Notes under the pieces: model-generated
The model's database searches: none
What the model was told of the DNA's origin: nothing
The model's input: the letters and a program-made list of their open reading frames with translations, nothing else
Assembly: GCF_018977255.1 (NCBI RefSeq)
Contig: NW_024704742.1
Coordinates: 19,222,001-19,286,000, forward strand
Source of the DNA: Callorhinchus milii
Lineage: Eukaryota
Direction of reading: 5' to 3'
DNA: 64,000 nt
Part shown: in pieces, positions 1 through 14,060 of the stretch
Layout: every line of letters begins with the position of its first letter
Position numbering within the stretch: the stretch's first letter is position 1
Translations under genes and position numbers: made by a program

Positions 1-99
1 ACCATTTTTAACTCACCCCTGCATCTCTCAGCTGATCAACATTCAGTATCTGTCAGTGAAAACTTATCCCCCAGGAACCCACTTCAATTTTACTGTAAA

Positions 100-395
100 C
101 TGCAACTCCGAGTTCATCCTTTAAGACCCACAATGATTGGAAATCCTAGCTTCCCCTCAAACTACTCCTGCAGTATTGCCTCGTTCTCAGAATAATGTCA
201 CTTTTCCCAACCACCAGAGACAGATGGTCGCTTTCAACTATGGTGCTCAAAATGGGCAGCCTTCCATCAATGTGCTAGGGGACCAGCAAGCTGCAGGTGG
301 ATTGTGGCAGGCAATAGCAAGGAAGCCATGGAGTATACACTGCCATGCAGCCTTGTTGGCTGAAGCGAGGAAAAAGCAACCTCATGGCCTACAAC
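100..395 (-). pseudogene. Exon-like segment resembling the region after the HERC2 MIB domain
   Basis: ctacag acceptor. AAWQCILHGFLAIACHNPPAACWSPSTLME recalls HERC2 RSWCTLGFVRSIALTPQVCGALSSPQWITLLM. Confidence 0.4.
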
Positions 396-971
396 CTGTA
401 GCTCATGAAGATATATAAACTCTCAATATAAACTCTCATATCCAAGCTTCACTTGGTATGCTTTATAAAGGCAAAGACATGTGAGGGTACAAAGGTTTTA
501 TTGTTGTCATTTACTGTGAGTATATGTACATTTTTAATATCTCTGCAATACATTTCAATTTTCCTGCTCTTCCTCACTGGAAGAGAATTTCATATGTACA
601 TTAAATATATAAATGCAAGCAGTTTTTATCAATCTGTCAATCTCTAATGTTTTTCTTTTCTGTTTTCGATGGTCATTTGTCCCCTTCCCCTCCTCCTTTG
701 CTTGGCATCCAACTCCTTTTCTGTGAAGCTCTCCAAAACATTGTTCTACTAAATGAATGCAAGTTGTTTCAACCAATGGAAATGCCCAGTACATTTTGTA
801 GGAGCTTCCAATTCTCATATGATAGACCTTTTTTAACCCGCATGAAATGATGTGTACTGTTTTTGACATTTTGCCTACCATTCAAGGTGGGACAATTGAC
901 AGGAGTAGGAATTTGGTGATGCAAGATGCAACATAAGGCTTGGGAACGTGAAATCCAAATGGAGCAGTAAG

Positions 972-1133
972 TAATAATAATAATCCTTGCATTTAATATA
1001 GCGTCTTATCACGTCATCAAGACATCTCAAAGCATTTCACATGATATAATGTATAGTAGATTGACTGTATTTTGTGGGCAAAACTCAGCAGCCAGTTTGC
1101 ACACAGCAATGTCCCACAAACAGTTTTGGAGTG
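972..1133 (-). mobile_element. DeuSINE 3' fragment (similar fragments at 1865-1950, 16170-16720, 37320-37440, 47487-47600)
   Basis: (AAT)n-CCTTGCATTT tail and Deu core. Confidence 0.8.
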
Positions 1134-1159
1134 CGCCGTGGAGTGCATGCTCACAACTT

Positions 1160-1351
1160 AATAAAATGCTAGTTCCCAGTTGATCAATCTGTGCTCCAAG
1201 CTTTGGACATTCCTCCAACTTGGTTGCTAGGTGGTAACCGCCTTGTTTGGCTCCATAGCTACCCTGTCAGAGAGCCCTTTTGCTGCCAGTCTTGCTGGAC
1301 AATTCTAGGGTGTGTGCCCTCCTCCCCTGGAAAGTCCCAACACAACTGAAC
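1160..1351 (-). pseudogene. Exon-like segment, C-terminal half of a MIB/HERC2-like domain, frameshifted
   Basis: Strong tttttgtttatcgcag acceptor. GSVVLG / IVQQDWQQKGS / SYGAKQGGYHLA aligns with HERC2 GRVIGE...[23 protein letters not shown]. Confidence 0.45.
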
Positions 1352-1469
1352 CTGCGATAAACAAAAATGTTAAGTGTTATCTTTCAACGTTTGTCTGCCA
1401 TAATTTCAACCTTCCAAAAGTGTAAGGTGGCACAAAACAGCTAAGTAAAATATTTAGAACACTGTGTAC

Positions 1470-1489
1470 ATATATATATATATATATAT
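1470..1489. repeat. (AT)10 microsatellite
   Basis: Direct reading. Confidence 0.9.
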
Positions 1490-2307
1490 GAACACGTTAT
1501 AGAAAAGGTTAGGTCTCTCTTTGCGATTTAAAATCTGAGGGTGACATGTGAGCAACTAGCCAGTTGACTCAAAATCACAACAAATCAGAGCAACTGACTG
1601 CAGAGAATCAACCAAGTTTCTTTTCTTTGATTCCACATGGTCGAGCGGGGGTTACTACTCAATCATGAACCTAAACTAGGCCTATGACTTTCTTGGAGCA
1701 GCAGATGAATAGCATGTCACGTTGCAAAAGAAACAGGAAACGTGCAGCAGGCAGGGAAACAAAAGTGGGTGAGGCCTGCTTCAGGTGCTGAATGCCATTT
1801 TATTTATTTACAACATTTGTTTATTTCGCAATTGTGAATTAAGCGCTCTACAATACTTTTTCAATTCACTGAACAGTATATTCTTGAAGCGTTTTGAGAT
1901 GTCTCGAACACGTGATAAGGCGCTATATCAAATGCAAGGATTATCATTATACACGGGGAATAAACATTGTACTCAATCAATGTTGTCATTGTCACTGTGC
2001 TCAGAAAAGGCCAGCCTGTTTGATTTCTACCACTACCCCCCACCTTCTGTGGGCGAGCTTTCCGCCATTCTGCCGCTGTTATCTGGAATTTAATCCCGGA
2101 GCCCCTCTGACTCATCCCCACCCTTCCTATCATTAAATGCCATTTTAAGACTTACCTCTTCAATCTCACTTTCGGTCACCTTTCCCCTCAATCTCCTTAG
2201 CTCCTCCCTACCTCCTCCCAGCTCAGGCCGACAGACCACTGTGTGGAGCACTTGTGATGTCCTCCCGCTGAATGAATGTATAAATGTTGCTGATGGTGAC
2301 CAGATAC

Positions 2308-2478
2308 CTGTTGTTTGGGTATCTGTGGCTCTTTAATGTTGAAATCCCAGCGTGTAACAGTTATCAGCGATGTCAATTAACAAGGGTTCCCAAGTGTGTT
2401 GAAGGAAAGAAATCTTAAGATTGAATGATTTCTCAACTAAAGTGTTGTGACACCCAGGGGTTCACCTAAGAGGACTTC
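2308..2478 (-). pseudogene. Exon-like segment, 171 nt
   Basis: aatgcag acceptor and CAG|gtatct donor. Phase is compatible with the next segment. Confidence 0.35.
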
Positions 2479-2992
2479 CTGCATTTACACAAGCATTTTA
2501 CAATGAGTAATTGCCTTATTTGCATTAACACACTCAGCTCACACACCAGTGAGACGTGTGGTTTCATCCTAAATATCATTTAGTTTACAGTTTCAAAGAT
2601 TTTGCTTTGTTCTTTTCCCATGAGAATACAGATCTTTTGTTATTGTTGCTAACTGCCACCATATGGCTTTTGAGGGAATTATTTCCCCCCATTACATTAC
2701 GTAGATCTCATAGAATGTTACAGCCCAGAATAAGCCATTCTGCTCAACTGGGAACAGAAACATATAAAAATCGACAGTGCAGAAGGAGGCCATTCGACCC
2801 ACCGAGTCCGCACTGGCTCACCGAGCAAGGAGATCAATTCAGTCCCACCGCCCCTCCTTATCCCCGTACCCCTTCAAGCCCCTTCCCTTTACATTTCTGT
2901 CTTCTTCCCTCTTGAAAGCTACAATAGACACTGTTGCCATTTCGCATACCATCAACTATCTGGGTGGAAACTTCCCCTTAAGGTTTCCTTTT

Positions 2993-3308
2993 GGAGTCCT
3001 GTAGCTCAGTGGTTAGAGCACTCGCTTTGCAAGCGAGAGACCTGAGTTCAATTCCCAGCAGAGGGCGAAACCTTGGGCAAGTTTCCTTACTCCACACAGA
3101 GCCTAATAATAATCCCTCCAAAAAACAATAATAAATTGGTCATTTTCAATCTACAACTGTTTGTGGGACATTGCTGTGCGCAATTGGCTGCCGCGTTCGC
3201 CCACAAATATACAGTCAATTCACTTTACAGTGTGTTCTGTGAAGCGCTTTGGGACGTCCTCCTGACGTGAAAAGCGCTATATCAAATGCAAGGATTATTA
3301 TTATTATT
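2993..3308 (+). mobile_element. Young tRNA-Ala-derived DeuSINE, full length, short form
   Basis: GGAGTCCTGTAGCTCAGTGGTTAGAGCACTCGCTTTGCAAGCGAG head with Pol III A/B boxes, Deu-like core (CTGTTTGTGGGACATTGCTGTGCGCAATTGGCTGCCG), L2-like tail and (TTA)n. Near-identical to about nine other copies in the window. Confidence 0.93.
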
Positions 3309-3419
3309 TTACTATTCCAGTTAGTGTTGATGTTTATACTCCAATAAGCTTCCAACCTTCCCTCGCCCATAATTCTCTGTTCCCTTCTCCCTCATGTATA
3401 CATTAACTTAGAAAAGCAT

Positions 3420-4625
3420 AGAGGCACTGAAGTGATAATGAAGGATCGATCAATCTACTTGATATGGATAAGGTGCCATCTTGTCACCTTTTAAGTGATA
3501 ACAGATATATGAGCTAAAGTTAAGGTGGATGTAATTGGAAGAAATCTCGTAACGTGGATAGAATATTAATTAGGAGACAGGAGGCAAAGAAATGGGATAA
3601 AAGAGAAATTCTTTGATTGAGAAGCAGAGACAATTGATGTCCCTCATGCGTTAGTGCCAGGAGTCTGTTTTTTTACGAGTATATAAATAATTTGGATATA
3701 GGAATAGAGGCAGGTACATCCAAGTTTTCACCTGACGTTAAACTAGAAGATTTTGTAAATTGTGAAGAAGAGGGCAGATAATTATAAAGGGAAATGGTCA
3801 TGTTAAGCAAGTGTGGGTTTATGGCAGACAGAGATCAGATAGAGATCAGCAAAGCAACATTTGAGGTTGATCACATTGGATCCATCATTGCCAGACGGAA
3901 ATACATTCTAAAAGGGGAAAAATAAGGGGATAGATGGACAAATGGATTTAGGCACCCAAGTAAATAAATTATTAAAAGCTAGTAAAAAATGAAATCAAAA
4001 AGATGAATGGATGTTGGGCTTTATGACAAGTAGTCTGAAATATAAGTGTTTTTCCAGTTATATAGGACACTGGTCAGACATCAGTTGGAATATTGTTTTC
4101 AGTTCTGGGCATCCAATCTTAAAAAGGATATACTGTTCTATCATTGAATAATATCTGGGGATGATTCACTAGATTAATCCTAGGAAGGGGCTTAGCTATG
4201 AAAAGGTTGGGTACATTTGGGATATATTCCTTAGAGCTGAGGAAGTTACTGTATGATCTGAGTGTTTAAAGTGATTAAAATAATGAAGGGAACTGACAAG
4301 CTAATTGAGAGATAGCTCTTTATTGTGGCCAAGGGTTGCAACACAAGAGAACAGTGTTAAAATTAAAGCTAAACTGACTAGAAGTGAAATTGAAAACATT
4401 TCTTCACACAAAGCATTGTGAGAATGTAGAATGTATGCTTCAGAAGACCACAGATATAGATTTGATTGGGATATTTAAAAGGGAGATAGACAGATTTGTG
4501 AAACGTAAGGGTATTAAGGGGTATGGAGAATGTGCATGCAAATGGATTAAAAGATCTCCCAGGATCCAATAAACTGGTGAATCAGCTTGAACGGCTGAAA
4601 AAACCTACTGCTGTTCCAATGTTGT
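3420..4625 (+). mobile_element. Old CR1 fragment (others 2750-2990 and 16730-17240 on -; 15960-16170 and 45490-46000 on +)
   Basis: Degenerate RT C-terminus and CR1 3' UTR (IFKREIDRF). Confidence 0.8.
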
Positions 4626-6199
4626 CATGCTAATAATAGCCTCCTAGTTCTTCCATGCATCTTTGGGAATGTAACAGGAATCAAAGGTATCTTATGATAT
4701 TTACGCAAGATCTGTCTTAGTTAAAGAGGAAGCGAGAATGTCTGACTGAATTTCTTAATGTTTTGCACAAGAGCAATACACTTGCATATATGATTGAAAA
4801 ATCATGATTGCTTTTGTACCAGGGTTTTTATTACCTTTGACAGCAAAGAGCATATACATTAAATGCCAATATTAAAAGCGAATGTTTTTTTTAAGGTGTC
4901 CGTATTTCACTGAGGAAACAGTTGGGATTTAATCAGTATCCTCCTCCAGTACTTGCTTGGAGAAATAAATCTTTTCGGATTTTAAGACTTTGTTTCACTC
5001 TTCCTGAAATGATAGGCCTTGGAAATAAACTTTACTAACGATGACAGCAGCACATAACCCCTTTGTCAAACTGTGTGCAGTCCTGGCAACCACTGCATCC
5101 ATGTTATGCTAACCATCAGTCACCAGCTAACAAAGATGCAATCATTGGAAGCAGTGGGACTGGTAGGAGCCTGGTTGAAGGGCTGATATTTAATCACATA
5201 AACACAGTTTGACAAGTAAAAAATGTCAATGCTGAAAATCTGAAACACAGAAAATTCTGGAAGCCCCAGACTGAAATGTCAACCTGTCTTTCTCTTTCAA
5301 ATGCTGATCTATCCAGTACGAATTTCCAGCATTTCTGTTTTTGATACATTGCTGCAGTTGTTGACTCTATTCCTGATCAAGTGTGAATGGGAGTTGCTGG
5401 ACTTGCAGAAGTGAGAAACTAATAATTGATATAATAAGTAATGCATGCATTTTATATAGCACCTATCTATCACACCATGAAGACGTCTCAAAGTACTTCC
5501 AGGGTTACTGTGAAATGTAGTGATTGTGCACTTTACAGGTAAATGCGGCAGCTAATTTGCATACAGCAATGTGCCACCAACAACCACAGAGTGAATGACA
5601 AATTTTATTTGGGGGATTGTTGGCCAGCACACTGAAATAAACACTTCTTTTCAACAACCACCACCAAATTACGTTTGTATACATTAGACTCCTTGACAGC
5701 TGGCTCAGTGCAATATAAATTGAACTGTCATGAATTGAATCTCTGATGGTTAATTGTTATCTAGCCATGAATGGAAAATTTATTTCCAGTCACTCCTGTG
5801 TTTTATAGCCCTTGCCAGACACATTTGATATAATTTTCCTTCCTCTCTCTGAGACAAAATATAACATTTAATTGCGTTTTTCATTACTCATACAACTCTG
5901 ATTACTAAAAAGCCTGACAAATTTGCACCTTACTGTAATGCAAGAGGCCAATAATCATTCTATTATGACACCTGACAGTACTTAGAATAATCCCCTCTCT
6001 CTCCATAGATGCTGCCTGACCTGCTGCGTGTTCCCAGTGACTTCTGTTTTTATTTCAGATTTCTAGGATATGCAGTATTTTGCCTTTTGTTCAGAATAAT
6101 CTCAATATTTTTTTGTCTACTACACCGTTTGGAGATTATTCCAAACATATCACTTTTATAAGATGTTCTTGCATATATCTGTCCTAAATATACTTTTCT

Positions 6200-8050
6200 G
6201 GATCACGATCTGGATCACTCCAGGTGTGACACCTTCCCCCTGACAGAGGCCAAACCACCCGGCTACACCTTCCATTATACACCCATGTGTATAGTCAGTG
6301 TGGCTCTCGTCTCCCGGTCCCCGCTCGGCCTATCCCCTTACTGCTCTGGAACCTTCCCCTTCTTTAAGCACCTTACCCTTCATCACCCCTCCAATATTTC
6401 CTTCAAAATTTTCCTTATTGATCACCACCCCAAGCCCTCCTCCACCTTCATCCTCAACATCTCCACCTTCCTATCCTCCCTCTCCATCTGCTCCAAATGC
6501 CTCCTCATCACTTCACCCCCTTCTGCTCTACCTCTGTTGACTTTTCCTTCCTTATTTCCTCCCTCAACTGCTCGCTCCACATCCACTCCACCACCCAAGT
6601 CTGTGGTCGCCCCCTCAACCTGGTGATCACTTGGGGCCTCACCATCATCGACAAAGCGATCTCAGTCCATCATTTCATCTCCCTTAATTCCTCAATCCCT
6701 CTCCCCACCTCCATCCAACCCACCTCCATCTCCTCCCCGCCTGGAAAAAAATTCCCCCCCCTCCCTCTTGGCTGCCCTGGAGTCATCTGAACTCCTTCCC
6801 CTCTGACAATGACCTATCCTCCTCAGTCACTCTTCTCCACAGCTCCCTCTCCTCCACTCTCGATTCTCTTGCTCTCCCTCTCTTCCTGAATTGTCTCCTA
6901 TTCACATAAGTCACCATGGTACACCAGCCACCTCTGCCCCCTTAAAGCACGGGCATGTGTCACTGAGCGCACCTGGCTTAAATCAAACTTAGCGGCTCAT
7001 CGGCAGATCTGGCTGGATCTTATCAAATAATACCACACTGTCCTCGCCTCCGCTAAATCATCATTCTACTCCAAGACAATCTTGGAGGCTAAGGACAACC
7101 CCAGGCTCCTCTTCTCCATCATGAACCAGCTCCTCCACCCACCCTCTCATGCCTTGCCCATCCTCACCTCAAATGCCAACTGCGAGGGGATGCTGGACAT
7201 CCACAAATCCAAAGTCGAGGGGATCCTCTCAGCTGCCTCTGACATTCCTTCTGCTACCCCCTCCCCATCTCCCACCACGATCCCTACTCATCCCTCCCTC
7301 TAAACCTTCAAACCTGTCTCCCTCTCCTCTCTCATCACCCATATAACCCGCATGAAACCGACCACCTGCTCCCTTGACCCCTTTCCTACCCCTCTCCTTA
7401 CCGCCCAGCTCTATATCCCTGCCCCTCTACTCACTGATATCATAAACATCTCCCTGTCCTCTGGTTCTGTTCCCACCCCATTAAAAAATGCCGTCATCAC
7501 CCCTCGCCTTAAAAAACTCTCCCTGGGCTCAACTCTACTCCCAAACTACCACCCCATCTCCAACCTCCCTTTCTTCTCCAAGCCCCTGGAATGAGTTGTT
7601 GCTTCCCAGCTTCACTCCTTCCTCTCTCGCTACTCCCTTTACGAACCCCTCCAATTGTGTTTCCATGCCGCCCACAGCACAGAAACAGTCCTGGTCTTGC
7701 TTCCCCCCTACCTCTGCAACCTCCTAACCCCCTACTATTCAGCTCACTCCCTCCACTCAGGGGGCTCCAGCCTGCTTCATGTCCCCCCACTATTGGCAGG
7801 CGGACAAGCGGGCCTTCTGCCACTCTGCCCCCACCCTCTGGAACTCAATCCGGCAGTCCCTCCACCTCGCCCCCTCCCTTGCCTCATTCAAAACCCATCT
7901 CAAAACTCTCCTCTTCAACCGTGCTTTCGATCTTGTTGCCCCCCCCCCCCCCGATGCCAACCCCGGCTCAGGTCCGAAACTCTGTCTGTTCAGCACCTTG
8001 GGATGTCCTCCCATCATGAAAGGCGCTATACAAATGTAATTTTGTTGTTG
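6200..8050 (+). mobile_element. L2 LINE, degenerate, internally deleted
   Basis: Endonuclease-to-RT motifs (KPTTCSLDP, NYHPISNLPF, HSTET) jump at ~7700 to the C-terminal region; ends in (TTG)n. Confidence 0.9.
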
Positions 8051-9494
8051 TCATTTTCACAGGTTTGTGTCCTCCGTTCCATCATCGGTTCCTCGTGCCT
8101 TCAGCCATTACACCCCAAAACTCTGGAACTCTCTCTCTCTCAGACCCTCCGTCTTGTTCCATCCCTCCCCACCATCAAATCCTACTTAGAGACCTCCCTT
8201 TTTGATCTTGCTTACAGTCACCTCCCCCTTCCCTCTGGCTCGTTGTGTGAAATGCTCTGGGACGCTACCCCACATGAGGGCCACTATGAAAATGCAATTT
8301 GTTGATTTCCCATATGTCCTCTGCTATCTTGATATTTGAGGTACCAGTCTAGGATGGCACCTCTAAAAGTGCAGCATATCCTAGCACTGCACTAGAAGAT
8401 CATTTTAGACTATATCGGTTCTTGGATCACAATAACAATAACTCCTTGTTCTCATTCTCGCATTTAAATCTTCCATGGTCTCGCCCCACCATGCCTCTGT
8501 ATCTTCCTTTACCCTTAGCCATTCCCTTCAATCGTCCAACATTGGGGAATGCCACATCCCTCACTCCATCCACCCCACTATCGGCAAAGGGGCTTTCAAG
8601 CCATTTGGTAATGGGACGTCCACCCAATGCGAAAAGCATTACGCAAGTGTAAATTATACTGTATTATTGCTAACATAAATTTCATGCGTTGTGATGGGCT
8701 AACTACTTTTTCACCCAACCCAGGGTCCTGAGGAAAATTGATGACATCTTGGTAGTGCAAAGGGCCAGAAGGTTCACCTTTCCCTTTAAGAGAGTTATTT
8801 TCTAACAGTAGATTTATGATGGTTAGAATAAGATTTTCCAGCAAAGATCAATCCCCATAAAGCCTGGGTATTAACCTGGCATGACAACGGGAGTTATAAG
8901 CTTCCCTCTGTAATTGCTGTTAATTGTTATAAATGAATGCACAGATTAAGCAATCGATTTATAGATTAATTTATAGATGCGTGACTTTATTCCAAAATTA
9001 TCTGAATATAATCTCCATATTACAAATACTTCGCACAGATCTATGAAATAAGTTGCATGATTTATCTACAAATAAGGTAAAATGAGGATTTTCCAAGTTA
9101 TTCATGTGCTAAATTAATTTATGATGATTTAAAGCTTAATTTAAAAAGCAGGACTGATCTTGCAAATGTTTTTGCAAAATTACTGTCAGTGATTCTCTAA
9201 TATGTATTGGATTTTCCCTTACAATGTACGTTTTAAAATATTTTTTAAAATAATGCGATAAAACCATTTGCAATAGATTTCCTAAGAGTCAAAAGGCTGA
9301 GCTTACACATTACACCTGCCTTTGTCAATGTCTATTGGCTCCCAATATCTTTCCACTCTTACTTGATCCCCACTCTTTGCATTCCACCGTCAATGACTGA
9401 GACTTCAGCCACAATTCTGGAGTTGGCTCAAACTCTCTTCCACAACTATTTTCCTTTGCCACCCGTAGCAAAGGAAAATAGTTTCTTACAGGTA

Positions 9495-9815
9495 GCAAAG
9501 GAAGCGAGAGGACCCAGGTTCGATTCCTGGGTAGGGCAAAACCTTAGGCAAGTTTCCTTCTGCCACATACTTCTGTTTACCTAGCAGTCAGTAGGAACCC
9601 GGTTGTTAGGCAATTGGAGGATTACTTTCTGGAGCTAAATACACCCTCCAAAAAAATTTGGTCACAATGGCTTGTGGGACACTGCTGTGCGCAATTTGGC
9701 TGCTGAGTTTTGCCACAAAATACACAGTCAATCCACTTTACAATATATTCTGTGATGCACTTTGAGATGTCTCAACTGCATGGTAAGGCGCTTTATCAAA
9801 TCCAAGGATTATTAT
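9495..9815 (+). mobile_element. Older long-form DeuSINE, 5' eroded
   Basis: B-box GGTTCGATTCC, internal segment, core and tail. Confidence 0.85.
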
Positions 9816-10833
9816 TCTCTCCCTGCCTTCAAATTTCAACAAAAACATTTCTCTTCAACATTGCTTTTGGTCAACATCTTTAACTCACCCTTTTGCCTGC
9901 TCAATGCAATATCACTACAATACTACAATATCATTCAAGCACATTTAGACAACAACAACCACCATTTACATTCATATAGCACCTACCACTTTGGGAGATG
10001 TTTTACTGTACATCACACAGCTAACTGAGCACTTGAGCTTACACAAGATGGAGGGACAGGTCCGAAAAGGAACCAGACGTTCAGTCAACAAGATAGGTTT
10101 TAAACAGCCTCAACAATTTGCTGTTATATAGTGCCTTTCACATTGGGCAAGTAGGAAGAGAAGGGATGATGTGTAGGGATTCTATGATGCAGTGTTCAAG
10201 AGAGTGCGAGCAGAATGATTAAAAGCTTACCCACTGATGGTGGGGTGAATCAGGCAGGAAACATGAAGAATACCAAAGTTAACTCATGGAGATTGCGGCT
10301 CCCTATTCCCCAGCGGATCAAATTCAAGATCCTCATCCTAACTTTCAAGTCCCTCCATGGTCTTTCCCCATTCTACATCTGCAACCTCCTTAAACCCTAC
10401 CAACCTGGTTGTTCTTTCCACCCAGTGGGCACTGGTCTGCTTCCCAGCTATGCCTCAGGCTGCCCGCACTGTTCCTTCAGTACCAACAGGACAAAAAAGG
10501 AGTTAAGGCACGATCTCTGGTGACGAGAGGAATGTTAATGAAGAATGGGACTGTATAGACAGATTTCTAATGCGTCAGATAATATATTTTAAATAAAATT
10601 AACAACCCTTTATCTTCTAATAATTTACATTGTTCCTGCTGGTTGAAGTGTGTCTGCTGATCTTCTGGAGCTGCCATCTATTGTTATGTGCTGAAAGGTG
10701 GATTGTCAGTGTTCAGAGTCACCAGTTCTGTCCCCACTTATAAGCTCAGGATTCCAGGATATTGTCAATAGTATGAATCCCCGGTAGCAGTTGAAAAGCA
10801 AGCCAGTCAAACAGATGAAGATGCATCATTTAC

Positions 10834-11779
10834 AGTCCACGGAAAAATACGTTGGGGCATAAACTACACAAGATTTGTTGGGACTTGAATTCAGTCTAGG
10901 CCAATGTTTCAGTGCAGTACTCTGTGAGTGATGCATTATTAGAGTGCTAGTTGAAAAGGTAATGGAATTTCTCTCATTGTCCCTTCTTCTTCTGGATGAA
11001 TCTATCATTCATTTATGATTCTTTGAGAGACTTTGCTGGTACAAATATCTGAATCATTTGCCTACAAAACCAATCGCTGTATTTGACTATAATTCACCTG
11101 TTAGATGTTTTGAGATGTTCCAGTATGATAAAACACTGTAAAAAGGCAGATTCTTAATTCATAGGAATACATACATCTATATAGCATCTTTTGCATCAGG
11201 AAGACACCCTAAAGTGCATGAATGATCATCTTACAGTAAAGTGTAGTGTTTTGGGAACCTTTTCATATTGACTAGCAGGTAATGCTCAGAACTCTTAAGC
11301 TTTTACAAAGTGCTGTCTGATGTAAGAGTGTGCACAATATTAGTCAGAAAACTGATAAATGGTCCTTTTTGCTTTGAGAGGATCACAATTGCTGTTTTCT
11401 ATATCCATTGTGCTCTGGGGTTAATACTGCCCTGTGGTGTATTGGGATGATTTGGGGCTGCAGTCTTGGCTGTCCACATTTGTCATTGATCAATCAGTGA
11501 AAGATAGCATTTGCACTGAGCCCTTTAAATGAAGCTGATAGAATACAGTAACATTTGGATCAAAACTAGTCGGTGGGAAAAATGCCAAGTTCAAACATGA
11601 TCTAAAAGCAGCTGCAACAGTGCCTTAAGAAGCATTTTCTTGTTCAGACAAATATAGCTGATGAGTTGGGTGAATCTTCATAAAAGAACATGGTAAGATT
11701 ACTCCAAGCACAGACCACATGAGTTGACATTCATTGACTCGCAAGGTCATGCTGATTTTGAATGTTAGTTTGCGCAAAT
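10834..11779 (-). pseudogene. Two exon-like segments (~11570-11779 and 10834-11001)
   Basis: ttcttccag acceptor ending at 11780 (LRKLTFKISMTLRVNECQLMWSVLG...). 10834-11001 is a 168-nt open segment bounded by ag and gt. Confidence 0.3.
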
Positions 11780-12629
11780 CTGGAAGAATGCCAAATAAAC
11801 ATGTTTGTGCCTTTAAGGATGAGGGTCACTGTCTATTATGCATTTTGCAAACCTACACTAAGCCTATTTTTTATTCCCCATTGCGCTCCCTTTTATAGTC
11901 TGTCCGTCGACCATGCCTATGGAGGCCTCTCCCTCCCTCCCCAGCCACAATCCTGCTACAGTTCCATGCTCCAAGACACTCCCTTGTGTGGAGGGCACAA
12001 TAGAAACACAAGTTGTTGTTGTTTTTGTTGTCATTGAAGTTTTCAAAGAAAATGTGACAATCATATGTGCCATGGACTCCTGGCAAATTAGTATTCTCAG
12101 TAAAAACTAGAGTTTTTTTTGGTGGATTTATACTGAAAGAGTTAAAGAATAAAAATGTTTATGTGGGAATGTCAACGCTGATCAATTCCACGTGAGTCAA
12201 TAGGCCCTCAAAAGAGCAGCCAATGAGAATGAAGCTCCAGAATTGCTTCACAAGACCACAAGATTGGTTCAGATGTAAAAGGTCCTTAAGCCCATCTGAT
12301 CTCATCTTTCTAAATTACTACCATTATCATCACTTTCCATCACACCAGGCTTTTTTTTTAATTACTCCAGTCTTTTGGGCTTAACCATGCTCCCTGGTAG
12401 CTTGTTCACTTGTTGATTACTCTCTGAGTAAAGAAAAGCTTCTGGCATCCATTCTGAAATTGCCTTTTGTAACTTTAAATCTACATCCTCTCATTCGACT
12501 ACCTTGGTGCATTCCAAAGAGATATCTGGGTTTATGTTTTCTATCTGATTTAATAAACAAGGCCAGTAATGACCCCAGCAAGATATTATTGCCTGCAGGA
12601 TAATTTTACTTTGATTTTGAATGGAAAAT

Positions 12630-12950
12630 ATGGTGAAAAACAGAAAAAAAATGAAGAGAAAGGATATGCTACAGCAACAGAAGAGGGATGGATGACTAAG
12701 AAGAGATGAGGCTACTCCAATTTTACAGGAGAAAACTATTGTGGAGCTTCAGATCCATAGATTCCAGGTGGTTCAGCTAGGCAAGAGGCATGGAAGGAAA
12801 TAACAAGAAAGGTCAATAATAATAATCCTTGCATTTGATATAGCGCTTTTCACGTCGGGAGGACGTCCCAAAGCGCTTGCAGTCAGCCTGACCAAAAGGA
12901 CACAGCTGCACATACATAAAATGTACAACGATTTCAAACACAGTGCAAAG
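12630..12950 (+). mobile_element. Myb/SANT-like remnant of Harbinger/MSANTD type, split by a 65-bp SINE tail (12814-12878)
   Basis: Removing the insert restores ARQEAWKEITRKVN|AVSLTKRTQLHIHKMYNDFKHSAK, the trihelix signature W..I...VNA.....RT......K.NDL. Confidence 0.7.
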
Positions 12951-13632
12951 ATACAGTAGTTATTTTATTACATTAGCTGATGTGCTTTTGTTAACATGGA
13001 AAAAATGGTTCCTTTATTTGAGCAGGCATTCAGCCAAATGATGGAATGAGGATCTTGGCAAGTGCATATTAGGAAAGCACATCAACTTTATTCATTATTT
13101 CAGAGGAAGATAAGTGAAAAGGATAAGTGACTCGGCAGCTCTTGAAGATCAGCCAGGAATCTCAGGGAAAGGAATGATGGCATCTTAGTCTGTTGCAGGT
13201 AACAATCAGTAATTCACCAATGCATACAAACAATGTGCATATGGACTGTGCAGCAAGGCAATATCTTCATCTTTTTAAGTGTGTGCTAAATATATAGAAT
13301 TATGCATGAGCTCTGAAATCCTGCTTACTTCAAGTGACATCAAGGGGTGAACTTTGTTTGTACGCAAATAAACTTTTTTTTTTAAACAAAATAAAAACCT
13401 TCGGATTTGGTATGTGCTTTAATAAACTACACCTTAAAGTTTCTTTTAATTCAATGCTTCTGAATTATTTGTTTTATAGAGAAGCAGCACAAAATTTAGA
13501 CTCTAGTAAAACAGGTAAAACTAGTTGCAGATTTATATAAATTTGCAGTTTCTGCAAGGGAAATTGTCTTATGTTGTCCTCCTTTCCACCCCATTTAGTT
13601 TTGTATCCTTTTCCCATTTTATTTCTCCCAAT

Positions 13633-14060
13633 CGTCATCTCAGCCTGGCTTAATTGGTAGCACTCTCGCTTCTGAGTCAGTTTCAAGCCTCACGTCAGGA
13701 CTTTGAACTCACAGTCTAAGCTGAAACTCGAGTGCAGAGGAGCGTGCTGTATTGTCATAGGTGCTGCCCTTCAAGATAAGATATTTCTCTACCATCAAAC
13801 TCTGTTTATAGTTTGATGTTCTATAATCATGGCACTATTCGAAAAGAGAAGGGAGTTTCTCCTGGTGATCAATCCAATAATCCCCCAGATAAAATTGGTC
13901 ATTTGCTTCATGTCTGTTTGTGACATATTGCTATGTGCAAATTGGCTGCCATATTTGCCTACAAATACACAGACACTACATTTCACAATAAAAATCTTTG
14001 AAGAGCTTTGAGACAGCTCGACAATATAAGTAAGGTCTATATCATATTCAAGGATTATTA
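13633..14060 (+). mobile_element. Old SacSINE1-like DeuSINE (other copies ~20845-21250, 28450-28780, 31725-32140, 34400-34615, 40075-40300, 42215-42490, 58500-58800)
   Basis: Different tRNA-like head (TGGCTTAATTGGTAGCACTCTCGCTTCTGAGTCAG), ATGGCACTATTCGAAAAGA block, Deu core and L2-like tail; heavily diverged. Confidence 0.7.

Noticed and set aside
137..418. 93-aa + strand ORF
   Set aside because: TTG start and no recognisable homology; the opposite strand has an acceptor and the HERC2-like motif.
2993..3065. tRNA-Ala(TGC) genes at each SINE head (anticodon arm CTCGC-TTTGCAA-GCGAG)
   Set aside because: No acceptor stem, and always fused to the SINE core and tail.
3073..3270. Recurrent ORFs MGKFPYST..., [19 protein letters not shown] and ...KCKDYYYY
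   Set aside because: Chance translations of the SINE and its (TTA)n tail, not a gene family.
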